Origin: Leptonemataceae bacterium
Lineage (GTDB): Bacteria; Spirochaetota; Leptospiria; Leptospirales; Leptonemataceae
DNA: 64,000 nt
Direction: 5' to 3'
Assembly (NCBI GenBank): GCA_965227295.1
Contig: OZ245742.1
Location: 4,224,001 to 4,288,000 of the forward strand
Position 1 is the stretch's first letter. Each line of letters starts with the position of its first letter. The translations under genes and the position numbers were made by a program. Shown in pieces: positions 1-9,319 of this stretch. Below the pieces are notes generated by a model. That model was given only the letters and a program-made list of their open reading frames with translations, had not been told where the DNA came from and did not search any database.

Positions 1-10
1 ACGCAGGGAG

Positions 11-301
11 TTAATCAGACACCCCCGGCGCACGGCCCGGCTGGAAGATTTGCAGGCGGGCGAGACGTTCCCGCATCCGCGCGACGTGGTCAGAAATATC
101 CCGGCCGGACAAGACCAGGCCGAAAGCGCGTTCCAGGTTAAACAGGATGGCTTCCACTTCCTGCACATCGCTCACGATGGTTTCCGCCGCTTCCGCGTAG
201 TACTTCATAGCCCGTTCCAGGGCTTCGACGCGCTCCGCGAGATCTTCCGGCGCATCCCCGGCGACCGCCGCCGGAGTAGGCTGATTACTTGCATCATTCA
301 T
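11..301 (-). CDS. Hypothetical coiled-coil protein, part of the integrase operon
   Basis: 96-aa ORF whose ATG overlaps the upstream stop (TAATG at 301); heptad-like helix. Confidence 0.65.
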   Translation of the reverse strand: MNDASNQPTPAAVAGDAPEDLAERVEALERAMKYYAEAAETIVSDVQEVEAILFNLERAFGLVLSGRDISDHVARMRERLARLQIFQPGRAPGVSD

Positions 302-1071
302 TATACAGGCTCCTGACCGGCCGGAATCCCGGCGGGCGCACCCTGCGCCGCCGCCAACCCCTGGCCGCTAAGTATCTCTCGAATCGTTCCCAAATTACGC
401 AGGACTTCGCCGCCCAGGTCCAGGCCCCGATAAAACATCCGTTCCCCGGGCGTCTGGTTCTCCGTGGACAGACGGTCAGACTGGCGTTTTAGATCGTGGT
501 CGTGTTCCTCGTGCAACCGATCAATCCGCCGCTCATAAGACCGGCGCATCTCGTCCATATCTTCGCGGATCAAAGTCAGGCTGCGTTCATGGCCTCGCTG
601 TAGATCCTCAAACATGGTGCGAAACGTGCCCTGCATCGATTCCATCATCATTTTCATGGAAGCGGTAGCGGCGTTGTCCCGGATCTTCTGCGCCTCATCC
701 AGCTTGTGTTCCATCTTTTCCATGTAGGTAAAGGCACGATTGAGTACGGTCTGTTCGGTAGGATCGGGGAACGGAGAGAGCGCCGCCGCGCCCCCTCCGT
801 TCTTCCCGTTCTTCGCGGCGGCGCTGTTGCCGTGCATCGGCCGCGTGACCTGGCCGGAGAAAACCCGCGTCCAGTCCTTATCCTTCTCGCCCCGGGCGAA
901 CAGTTCCACGGTGTATTCCCCCGGCTCCAGGTCCGGCAGATCCGGGCTATGGAGTTCTACTGCGTCCATACCGGCGCGATGGATGCGCAAACGGTAACGC
1001 GCATCCTCGCCGTATTCCGATTTGATGCGCGACGCCTCTTTAAGAAATTGTTTGAGAGTAAACTTTAACAT
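301..1071 (-). CDS. Hypothetical protein: small N-terminal beta domain plus Met/Glu-rich coiled coil
   Basis: 256-aa ORF 6 bp after the integrase stop, with a GGAG RBS; no family recognised. Confidence 0.75.
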   Translation of the reverse strand: MLKFTLKQFLKEASRIKSEYGEDARYRLRIHRAGMDAVELHSPDLPDLEPGEYTVELFARGEKDKDWTRVFSGQVTRPMHGNSAAAKNGKNGGGAAALSPFPDPTEQTVLNRAFTYMEKMEHKLDEAQKIRDNAATASMKMMMESMQGTFRTMFEDLQRGHERSLTLIREDMDEMRRSYERRIDRLHEEHDHDLKRQSDRLSTENQTPGERMFYRGLDLGGEVLRNLGTIREILSGQGLAAAQGAPAGIPAGQEPV

Positions 1072-1077
1072 GTTAAT

Positions 1078-2181
1078 TTAATCTCCCTTTTTCCTTTTGC
1101 TCATGTCTTTTTTCGCGTGAGGCCCCCGTGTCGATGACTTGCGTGAAACGTTAGAGCGGCGACGCCCCTTCTTTTGCTCCTCGCTGTACACCATTCGTCG
1201 TAGCTCTGCACAGGACGGGACGTCCGAAGCCTTTAAAGATCCTTGTTGATAAAACTGGATAAACGTTTGTACGTTTCGCCAGCCGCCGTGTTTCATGATG
1301 GCCGGGAGCATTTCCGGGGAGGCATTGTAGAACCATTGCGCAAACGCGTGCCTGAATTTGTGCGGGGAAAAGTGCGTCCCATGTCCAAATACTTTCCGGC
1401 ACGCCATTTTACAGCGGAATAAGGCGTGATGACGGTCAAACGGAGTCCCGTCTGTCTTCTCGAAGAGAAATACCTTGCCTTTGAAAACCTCGCGGATGCG
1501 TTTATAGACGTCGTAGCGCAATTCCCGCGTGTCGATGCTCCCCCCCTTTTGTCGGACGGTGTAGTAAATACCGCCGTCGGGCGTTAGGTGATCGGTATTG
1601 AAATCGGACAGTCGGAGGGAGCACAGTTCGCTGATGCGTAGGGCACTGAACAAAAGAAACTCGATCAGGGCGGAGTCGCGTTCCAGCGCTTCATCGATTA
1701 ACTGCATGACCTGTTTTAGCGTGGGGACGATGATTCGGGCCGGTACACGCTTGAGTGAGGTCCACTTCTTAAAGGTCCGGTCGATTGTGGTTTGCAGCGC
1801 GAAATCGAGATCGTATGCGTCCCCGTAGTAGCTGATAACGGCCCCCTTGAATTGAAACGCCACGTTACGGACTGTTTGGGGCTTGTAGCGCTTTAGATGC
1901 TCTTCCAGGTACGCTGTAATATCCTGCAAGGTCATCCCGTTCGGATGTTTGGCGTTAATTTTCCGGAGATTGGAGTTTTCCGCTTTTTTCCGGGTCAAAG
2001 GGAGCCGGGGAATCACCAAACCCGAATAGTAGTCTAGAAGATTCGTCGCGGAAAATGCACCGGCTGACGCGGGCGTGTCGGGATTCCGGACAATTTCCGG
2101 CCCCTTAAAATCCTTAAACTTTTTTCGTTTATATTGAATAAACGAAACAACATTTGATGTTTCCATACATACAGCGGACAT
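1078..2181 (-). CDS. Tyrosine recombinase / phage-type integrase
   Basis: Catalytic motifs SALRISEL (R), QKGG (K), HKFRH (HxxR), GGW and QFY (Y); lower GC than the flanks. Confidence 0.9.
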   Translation of the reverse strand: MSAVCMETSNVVSFIQYKRKKFKDFKGPEIVRNPDTPASAGAFSATNLLDYYSGLVIPRLPLTRKKAENSNLRKINAKHPNGMTLQDITAYLEEHLKRYKPQTVRNVAFQFKGAVISYYGDAYDLDFALQTTIDRTFKKWTSLKRVPARIIVPTLKQVMQLIDEALERDSALIEFLLFSALRISELCSLRLSDFNTDHLTPDGGIYYTVRQKGGSIDTRELRYDVYKRIREVFKGKVFLFEKTDGTPFDRHHALFRCKMACRKVFGHGTHFSPHKFRHAFAQWFYNASPEMLPAIMKHGGWRNVQTFIQFYQQGSLKASDVPSCAELRRMVYSEEQKKGRRRSNVSRKSSTRGPHAKKDMSKRKKGD

Positions 2182-2272
2182 ACTATTCCCCTGAAACCGG
2201 CAAGGGAAAAAACACTTGTCAGCCGCTTACTATATTTACTAGTTACGCAATTGCGGAGCCCGGAGTAGCCCG

Positions 2273-2330
2273 GCGCCCGGCCGGCGGAATTGAGCGACGC
2301 GCCTTGCGCGTCGTCGGGTTCACAAGTCGC
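2273..2330. repeat. Partial palindromic REP-like element (family A, right half)
   Basis: GCGGAGCCCGGAGTAGCCCG resembles GCGGAGTCCGGAGTAGCCCG at about 18082. Confidence 0.5.
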
Positions 2331-2670
2331 TACGACCGCGACTTGTGCGCGGCCCGGCCGGGCGCAACGCCCAAAGAAATCTCACTGGTCCCCGCTTTCG
2401 AGTGACTTTTTCAGCAGCCTGCTAACGCAAGAATTGATAGTCTACAGTCGCTCCGTCATCCTTGAGCGGCCTTTTTAGCCGGCCCCTCCTGGTGCGCTAA
2501 GCCCACGGAGGGGCGCTGCACACCAGGACGTGTGGCCTGCGCCGTACGCGACTGATTCTCAATTTCGACGTGCCTGTGGTCCTGGCGGCATAATCTGGTG
2601 GATCGCACAAACGCCGTGCAGTTGATTAATGTCGGGTCATCTTCCACAGACTTGTACAAGGAGTAACAAC

Positions 2671-3042
2671 TTGAGCGAACTAACACGTAAAGATTTCATT
2701 CGCCGCTCGGCAGTCCTCGGCGCGGTCAGCGTCGGTGCGAGCGCCGTGCTGGCATACTGCGGTGGGCGTCCGCCGGCGGAAGACGAAGGTGAAGTCGCAT
2801 CCGAAGCCGGTTCCGCATGCAGCGATCTTTCCGGCCTCACCGACGCCGAAAAACAGCAGCGTCAGACCATGACGACGAACCTGAAGTACGTCGAAAAATC
2901 CGAAGTGGCGGGTCAGCAGTGCGACAACTGCCAGCTCTACAAGGTCCCCGAGGGCGGTTCCGCCTGCGGCGGCTGCCAGCTCTTCCCGGGACCGGTGGCC
3001 GCGGAAGGTCACTGCGCTTCGTGGGCCGCTAAAGCCGGCTGA
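2671..3042 (+). CDS. High-potential iron-sulfur protein (HiPIP) with Tat signal, probably a lipoprotein
   Basis: TRKDFIRR Tat-like motif; LAYC lipobox-like; CDNC..C..GHCASW cysteine pattern; TTG start after AAGGAG. Confidence 0.85.
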   Translation: MSELTRKDFIRRSAVLGAVSVGASAVLAYCGGRPPAEDEGEVASEAGSACSDLSGLTDAEKQQRQTMTTNLKYVEKSEVAGQQCDNCQLYKVPEGGSACGGCQLFPGPVAAEGHCASWAAKAG

Positions 3043-3067
3043 TCACAGGTTAAGATTCAGAACGGCA

Positions 3068-3102
3068 ACGGCCGCGTTCGGGAAACCGGCGCGGCCGTTT
3101 TT
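3068..3102 (+). terminator. Rho-independent terminator
   Basis: AACGGCCGCG...CGCGGCCGTT hairpin followed by a T run, after the HiPIP gene. Confidence 0.6.
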
Positions 3103-3160
3103 GTGTAATGAGCGGTGCGATCATCGGCGCGCTTCAAAGCCACAGCCTGAAGGAGTCTGC

Positions 3161-4006
3161 ATGAGCAAAAAAGCATCATCGAAAAAGAAAGTCCCGGCCA
3201 GGGGAAAGGAAACCGCGCGGAAGACCGCCGCGAAGAAGACCACCGCGCCCAAATCGGCACTGTTGATCGATGTCACGGCGGACAACGTCACGGAAACCGG
3301 CTTCTTCTGTATGATGAGCAAACCGAAGTCCCCGGGTTACCAACAAAAACTCGCCTGGTTGCAACAGCGCTTTCGCGAAGGCATGCGCATCAAAATGGCC
3401 GGCGGCGGCGGGCGGGCCTTCATCGAGTACATTCCCGGCGAGTACGCCTGGCGGCCGGTCGAAGCGAAGGGCTACTTCGTCATTCATTGCCTGTGGGTCG
3501 TCGGACAGAGCAAGGGCCGGGGCATCGCTCGCAGCCTGCTCAACGCCTGCATCGAGGACGCGCGGGCCTCCGGCGCGAAGGGTGTGGCCATGGTCACGAG
3601 CGAGGGCAACTGGTTGCTCGGCAAAAAGTTTCTCGAAACGCACGGCTTCACTTCCGTGGACCAGGCGCCGCCGTCCTTCGAACTGATGGTCCTGTCCTTC
3701 GGCAAAACTCCGCCCCCGCGCTTCAGTGGAAACTGGGAGAAGAAATGTAAACAATTCGGCCGCGGTCTTACGATCGTCCGCACGGATCAGTGCCCGTACT
3801 TAGAAGATGCGACCCGGAATTTCATCGGCGTCGCGGAAGCGCGTGGTATCCCGTCACGCGTGATGGACTTGAAGGACAGCAAGAGCATTCGCGAAAAATC
3901 CCCGAGCGCCTACGGGGTGTTTAACGCCGTACTGGACGGCAGGTTGCTGTCGTACTGTTACCTGACGCCGGCACAGATCGAGAAGGCATTGGACGCCTTA
4001 TCTTAG
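3161..4006 (+). CDS. GNAT acetyltransferase with YoaP-like C-terminal domain
   Basis: IHCLWV..KGRGIARSLL motif A; QCPY and SPSAYG motifs; AGGAG RBS before ATG 3161. Confidence 0.8.
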   Translation: MSKKASSKKKVPARGKETARKTAAKKTTAPKSALLIDVTADNVTETGFFCMMSKPKSPGYQQKLAWLQQRFREGMRIKMAGGGGRAFIEYIPGEYAWRPVEAKGYFVIHCLWVVGQSKGRGIARSLLNACIEDARASGAKGVAMVTSEGNWLLGKKFLETHGFTSVDQAPPSFELMVLSFGKTPPPRFSGNWEKKCKQFGRGLTIVRTDQCPYLEDATRNFIGVAEARGIPSRVMDLKDSKSIREKSPSAYGVFNAVLDGRLLSYCYLTPAQIEKALDALS

Positions 4007-4043
4007 CGGCGTATTGCGCTACGCCCTGAGAACCGGCACGATC

Positions 4044-4892
4044 CTACCCTGCTCGCTCCGCGGCTTGCACCGTGTGTTGCAGCAGCATCGCGATCGTCAT
4101 GGGCCCGACACCGCCCGGCACCGGAGTAATGTACGACGCCTTTTGCGCGCACGAATCAAACTCCGCGTCACCGACGTTGCCCGGATTGTAACCGGCATCC
4201 AGAACGACGACACCTTCTTTCAACGCATCGCCCTTGATGAAGTTCGGCTTGCCCACCGCGGCGACGACGATGTCCGCCGTCGCCAGGTGACTTTCCAGAT
4301 TCTCCGTCTTCGAATGACAGACGGTAACAGTCGCATTGCGACCCAGCAGCAGCATGGCCATGGGCTTGCCCAGGATCGGCGAGCGGCCGACAACGACGGC
4401 GTGTTTGCCCTGGATCGGCAGATCGTATTCATCCATGAGGCGAATCATACCCGCCGGCGTGCAGCTCGCATAGGCCCCTTCGATGCCGAACGAAATTGCG
4501 CCGAAGCCGAGCGTCGTTACGCCGTCCACGTCTTTCGCCGGAGCGATGCGATCAAAGGCCGCGCGCTCATCGACACCGGAGGGCACCGGATGCTGGAGCA
4601 GAATACCGTGCACATTCGGATCGCGATTCAGTTCGTCGATGATGCGCAACAACGCCGACGTCTGCGTGGCGGCTGGCAGCGTGATTTTGCGCGAATCCAT
4701 GCCCACGGATTCGCAGGCCTTGCCTTTCATTTTCACGTAGGTGGCCGAGGCGGGATCGTCCCCGACAAGGATGGTCGCCAGCACGGGCTTCGGCCGGCCC
4801 TTCGTTTCCACGAGATGTGTTACGCGTTGTTTGAGATCTTCGCGGATTTTGGCGGCCAGGGCTTTGCCGTCGAGGAGGATGGGTTCGGGCAT
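4044..4892 (-). CDS. folD: Methylenetetrahydrofolate dehydrogenase/cyclohydrolase
   Basis: LDGKALA, YVKMK, KDVDG, TPVPGGVGPMT motifs. Confidence 0.97.
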   Translation of the reverse strand: MPEPILLDGKALAAKIREDLKQRVTHLVETKGRPKPVLATILVGDDPASATYVKMKGKACESVGMDSRKITLPAATQTSALLRIIDELNRDPNVHGILLQHPVPSGVDERAAFDRIAPAKDVDGVTTLGFGAISFGIEGAYASCTPAGMIRLMDEYDLPIQGKHAVVVGRSPILGKPMAMLLLGRNATVTVCHSKTENLESHLATADIVVAAVGKPNFIKGDALKEGVVVLDAGYNPGNVGDAEFDSCAQKASYITPVPGGVGPMTIAMLLQHTVQAAERAG

Positions 4893-4938
4893 GGGAGATG
4901 ATCACCGCACGTGGATCATCTGAGCAAGAAGAATTTGC

Positions 4939-5068
4939 TACTCCGAGGTACCGAGGAGAAGATTGAGTCGGATGAATGAACTGGCGACTGAAAGCGTTCG
5001 TAACCCGACAATCGATCTCCCACAAAAGTCCTTCCCATCAAGACCTCGGTGCCTCGGTCCTCGGAGTA
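4939..5068. repeat. Inverted pair of tandem CCGAGG repeats (family C) around a unique spacer
   Basis: TACTCCGAGGTACCGAGG (4939-4956) and CCTCGGTGCCTCGGTCCTCGGAGTA (5044-5068). Confidence 0.7.
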
Positions 5069-5074
5069 ATCTTC

Positions 5075-5407
5075 CTAACGCACCACGTAACGAACCCGAC
5101 AGTATTCGGCGTCGTAGATCAAGAAAAACTCGGCCTTGCTGTAGTTCGGTCGTTCGCCGCGGCCGCTCAGTTCCCGTTCCAGCATCTCCTTCGCGGCTTT
5201 GCACGAGGTGGTTTGCTTCATGGGAAAACTGTTCTCTGCCAGGGCCTTTTCGGAGGCCCGGCCGGTGCTCAGAAACTCGGTACCGCCGTCCTTGAGTTCG
5301 TTGACGACGACGCCCGTAGGAATAGGCTTCCGTTCGTCGCCGGCACAGCCGGCCACCAGGAGCACGACGATCAGCGTCGCGCCCCAAAAAATACTTACGA
5401 TGCGCAT
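5075..5407 (-). CDS. Small lipoprotein
   Basis: MRIVSIFWGATLIVVLLVAGC signal II peptide; starts 2 bp after the leuD stop. Confidence 0.75.
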   Translation of the reverse strand: MRIVSIFWGATLIVVLLVAGCAGDERKPIPTGVVVNELKDGGTEFLSTGRASEKALAENSFPMKQTTSCKAAKEMLERELSGRGERPNYSKAEFFLIYDAEYCRVRYVVR

Positions 5408-5409
5408 GA

Positions 5410-6030
5410 TTATGAGACGTTCGCGTAGTACGGATGGTTCGTCGCGTACTTTTTCTCGAACGTGTCGATGGCGTCGCCTTTGCGCATGGTCAGGCCGATG
5501 TCGTCCCAGCCGTTCAGCAGACATTCTTTCCGGAAGGCATCCACTTCGAAACTGTAGCTCTTGCCGGCGGCATGTACCTTTTGTTCCGGCAAGTCCACCG
5601 TAATCTCGGCGCCCTCGTTGCCTTCGATCCACGCCATGATCTCCCGCACTTCCGCGCCGGAAAGAATCACGGGCAACATGCCGTTCTTAAAGCAGTTGTT
5701 ATAAAAGATATCTGCGAACGACGGCGCGATAACGGAGAGAAAACCGTAGTCATTCAGCGCCCACGGGGCGTGCTCCCGGGAAGAGCCGCTGCCGAAGTTT
5801 TCTCCGGCCACGAGGACCGAAGCGCCTTTGTAGCGAGGCGCGTTCAGAATGAAGTCCGGGTTCTCCTGTTTGCCGTCGTCGTCGAGAAAACGCCAGTCGT
5901 GAAAGAGATGAACGCCGAAGCCCGTGCGCTCGATCTTCTTTAAGAACTGCTTGGGGATGATCTGATCCGTGTCCACGTCGGAACGGTCCAGCGGCGCCGC
6001 GAGGCCCGTGTGAGTTTTAAAGGGTTGCAT
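5410..6030 (-). CDS. leuD: 3-isopropylmalate dehydratase small subunit
   Basis: [13 protein letters not shown] and [15 protein letters not shown] motifs. Confidence 0.97.
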   Translation of the reverse strand: MQPFKTHTGLAAPLDRSDVDTDQIIPKQFLKKIERTGFGVHLFHDWRFLDDDGKQENPDFILNAPRYKGASVLVAGENFGSGSSREHAPWALNDYGFLSVIAPSFADIFYNNCFKNGMLPVILSGAEVREIMAWIEGNEGAEITVDLPEQKVHAAGKSYSFEVDAFRKECLLNGWDDIGLTMRKGDAIDTFEKKYATNHPYYANVS

Positions 6031-6076
6031 AATGTATCTCCAGTAATAGTCAGTCAGTCCTTCTTAGAGTGCCGGT

Positions 6077-7477
6077 TCAGTTCCAGCCGCGCACGTCCAC
6101 AAAACGTCCCTCGATGGCCGCCGCGGCCGCCATCTCCGGGCTCACCAGGTGTGTACGCCCGCCTCGGCCCTGACGACCTTCGAAGTTCCGGTTGGACGTC
6201 GAAGCGCAACGCTCGCCTTCTTTCAGATTGTCGTCGTTCATGGCGAGGCACATGGAACAACCGGCCTGCCGCCACTCGAAACCCGCCTCGATAAAGATGC
6301 GATCCAGGCCCTCTTCTTCAGCCTGGCGTTTCACCCGGCCGGAGCCCGGCACCACCATGGCCCGCAGGCCGCTTTTGACCTTCTTGCCCTTCACAATGTC
6401 CGCGGCGTTGCGCAGGTCTTCGATGCGCGAGTTCGTGCACGAACCAATGAACACCGTATCGATGTTGATCTCGGTGATCTTCGCGCCGGCGGCGATGCCC
6501 ATGTACTCAAGGGCTCGTTCGGTGGCTTTCTTTTCGCCTTCGTCGCCCAGAGCGGCCGGATCCGGAACGTTTCCGCTAACTTTTGTCACCATGCCGGGGT
6601 TGGTCCCCCAGGTGACCTGCGGCTCGATGGCGGCCCCGTCCAGTTCAATGACTCGATCAAAGTGCGCCCCCTCGTCCGAGGGCAACGTCCGCCAGTAGGC
6701 CACGGCCTGTTCCCAGGCCTCGCCGGACGGCGAGAAGTCCCGGTCTTTAAGGTACTCGAAGGTCTTCTCGTCCGGAGCGATGAGGCCCGCCCGGGCCCCG
6801 GCCTCGATGGACATGTTGCAGACGGTCATGCGTCCTTCCACGGAAAGCGCTTCGATCGCCTCGCCGGCGTACTCCATGACGTAGCCCTGGCCGCCCCGCG
6901 TGCCGATCTCCCCGATGATCGCTAAGATAATATCTTTCGGAGTTACGCCGCGCCCGAGTTTGCCGTTCACTTTGATTAACATGTTTTTCGATTTCGGCTG
7001 GCGCAGAGTCTGCGTGGCGAGCACGTGCTCCACCTCGGAAGTACCGATGCCGAAGGCCAGGGCGCCGAAGGCACCGTGGGTGCTGGTATGCGAATCGCCG
7101 CAAACGATGGTGGTCCCGGGGAGCGTGATGCCCATCTCCGGGCCGATCACGTGCACGATGCCCTGGTCCGGGTGATTGAGATCGAAGAGGCGGACGCCGA
7201 ATTCTTTGCAGTTCGCGTTCAGCGCCTCCATTTGTTTTTTGGAGATTTCCCCGGCCGCGCCCCAGTCCCGGGAGCGCGTGGAGACGTTGTGATCCATGGT
7301 GGCAAACGTCAAATCCGGGCGGCGGACCTGGCGCCCGGCCATGCGCAGGCCCTCAAAGGCCTGGGGCGAGGTCACCTCGTGCACCAGGTGGCGGTCGATG
7401 TAGATCAGCGAAGATCCGTCGGCATCGTCCACCAGGTGGGCGTCCCAGATTTTGTCGTACATGGTTTTTGCAGTCAT
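6077..7477 (-). CDS. leuC: 3-isopropylmalate dehydratase large subunit
   Basis: [52 protein letters not shown]. Confidence 0.98.
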   Translation of the reverse strand: MTAKTMYDKIWDAHLVDDADGSSLIYIDRHLVHEVTSPQAFEGLRMAGRQVRRPDLTFATMDHNVSTRSRDWGAAGEISKKQMEALNANCKEFGVRLFDLNHPDQGIVHVIGPEMGITLPGTTIVCGDSHTSTHGAFGALAFGIGTSEVEHVLATQTLRQPKSKNMLIKVNGKLGRGVTPKDIILAIIGEIGTRGGQGYVMEYAGEAIEALSVEGRMTVCNMSIEAGARAGLIAPDEKTFEYLKDRDFSPSGEAWEQAVAYWRTLPSDEGAHFDRVIELDGAAIEPQVTWGTNPGMVTKVSGNVPDPAALGDEGEKKATERALEYMGIAAGAKITEINIDTVFIGSCTNSRIEDLRNAADIVKGKKVKSGLRAMVVPGSGRVKRQAEEEGLDRIFIEAGFEWRQAGCSMCLAMNDDNLKEGERCASTSNRNFEGRQGRGGRTHLVSPEMAAAAAIEGRFVDVRGWN

Positions 7478-7560
7478 GAGTTCCGTCCTGTTGCATAAAA
7501 GCTAACCGATCCGGGCCCATAATGCAAATAAATTATAATTATTGCAGCTATTACGATTCG

Positions 7561-9243
7561 TTATAGGTCGACTCGATGCCACAGAACCCGAAACGGCGCC
7601 GCTTCAATGTTCCGCCGCACCCAGCCCGGCGGCGGGTCGGCCGTGGCGGCCTGCAATCGCCGGCGCAGTTCGCTCTCCGGAAAGTACGCCGGCAGGAGTT
7701 CCGGATAATCGAACAAAAAGGCATCGCTTTCGCGCAACCGATCTTCCAGGCTCACGTCGGCGTCCCGCTCCAGGGTGACCTTCCGCACCTTCGGCACGTA
7801 CTCCAGCATGCCCTCATCCGCCGTGGCAACCCGCAGGCCGTCCCGCTCCGCGGCCAGCTCGTTCAGAAAATGAATAGTTGTGAGGTTCGGACGATGCAAG
7901 GGGCCAGCTAATATATTTTCAACGACGGTTACGGCGCGGGGCATCAGCAGAAGCATGAGAGCGCAGCCCAGGAGCGTGACCACACCCTGGAACGCAATCG
8001 GTACCGAAGGCGTTAACCGCCAGGGGAATTCCCGCACGCCGAGTTCCAGGAGAAGGCTGGACAGCAACAACGCCGCGCACAGCAGCGGCAACAGGTAGTG
8101 CTCTCGCGGATAAAAGACCAGGCAGGCCGCGGTAAAGGGCGTGATGAGCACCATCAGCACAAAGACCTGTTCGAGAAAATTACGCGCCAGGATTTTGCGG
8201 CGCAGGCCGATCACCACGGCAACCAGGACGACGACAAAGACATATCCGATCCAGCGAGATTCCCGCGCCATGCCGGCGGCGTCGGATTGGGCGAAGACCG
8301 GCCAGTGCTGCTGAAACTCGCGCCAGAAGTTTTCGAATAACAACGAAACGTTGAAGCCGACATGCCGCAGGAACTCGCCGGGATTGGAAATCAGCATGTG
8401 CCACACGCCCGGTTCGCCCGGGCCGAAGGAGCGGGCATACCACGCCGGCAACGCCGCGAGGTCCACGGGCACCGGCACATCAAATCGCTCGCCGTAAGCG
8501 CGGACGTAGTGCTGCATTACGGTCAGTTCCAGGATGTCGACCCGGCTCTGGTCACCGCCGGGGGAACCGTAACCCACAAACAGCGCGAGGCCGAGTGTCA
8601 GCATAAGACCGGGCAATAGAAAGGCGGAGAATCGACGACCGCCGAAAACGTCGCCCCGGGAACTCAGAAGCCGCCACGCCAGATACAATGCCGGCAACAG
8701 CAGGGCCGCGACAAACTCCGCTCGAACGTAACTTAAGAACAGGATCAGCGGAATCAATGCGGCCACGCGCCCGGTCTCACTGCGCACGAGCCGGCGCATC
8801 AACGCGGCATACAATAAGAAGACGATGAGCAAGAAGTACACGGAACGCGGCAGGGCCTTGAGGTGCATGGTCCACAACGCGGCATAAACGGAGAGCGGTA
8901 GCGCGATGCAGCGACGCACGACGAACGAACGCAGGCTTACGTAGATTGACGTCGCGAGGCCGCCGAGCAACACCACGTGATTCACATAGTAGAGTCCGAG
9001 CGGATCCAGACCGCTCAGGAATTCCAGCACGACGTACCAGAGCACGTAAGCCGGGGAGCGATAGAATGAAAACTCGGACCACTCGAAGTTCAGCGCGGGC
9101 TTGAGATAAAGCACGGTTTCATCGTAGATGGCGACGTCGTAGATCTCCGACAGCGGCATGACGATGCGATACACCGCAACGAGGATAGCGGCGACGCAGA
9201 CGACTTCGCTGAAGATCCAGATGATCCGTTCCGTGGACTTCAT
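7561..9243 (-). CDS. Polytopic membrane protein, possibly a GT-C-fold glycosyltransferase
   Basis: About 11 hydrophobic segments; acidic YDE motif in the first outer loop. Confidence 0.6.
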   Translation of the reverse strand: MKSTERIIWIFSEVVCVAAILVAVYRIVMPLSEIYDVAIYDETVLYLKPALNFEWSEFSFYRSPAYVLWYVVLEFLSGLDPLGLYYVNHVVLLGGLATSIYVSLRSFVVRRCIALPLSVYAALWTMHLKALPRSVYFLLIVFLLYAALMRRLVRSETGRVAALIPLILFLSYVRAEFVAALLLPALYLAWRLLSSRGDVFGGRRFSAFLLPGLMLTLGLALFVGYGSPGGDQSRVDILELTVMQHYVRAYGERFDVPVPVDLAALPAWYARSFGPGEPGVWHMLISNPGEFLRHVGFNVSLLFENFWREFQQHWPVFAQSDAAGMARESRWIGYVFVVVLVAVVIGLRRKILARNFLEQVFVLMVLITPFTAACLVFYPREHYLLPLLCAALLLSSLLLELGVREFPWRLTPSVPIAFQGVVTLLGCALMLLLMPRAVTVVENILAGPLHRPNLTTIHFLNELAAERDGLRVATADEGMLEYVPKVRKVTLERDADVSLEDRLRESDAFLFDYPELLPAYFPESELRRRLQAATADPPPGWVRRNIEAAPFRVLWHRVDL

Positions 9244-9319
9244 GTTTCGTTATTGCAGTCTCACCGGCGTCGCGCCGTAAAGTGATTTACCCCGGGCACC
9301 GGGGAATCGAGACATCACC

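Larger units (their letters stand above)
1..2260. mobile_element. Right end of a putative integrative element or provirus; left part lies outside the window
   Basis: Integrase plus co-transcribed unknown genes and a lower-GC segment; no att site identified. Confidence 0.5.
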
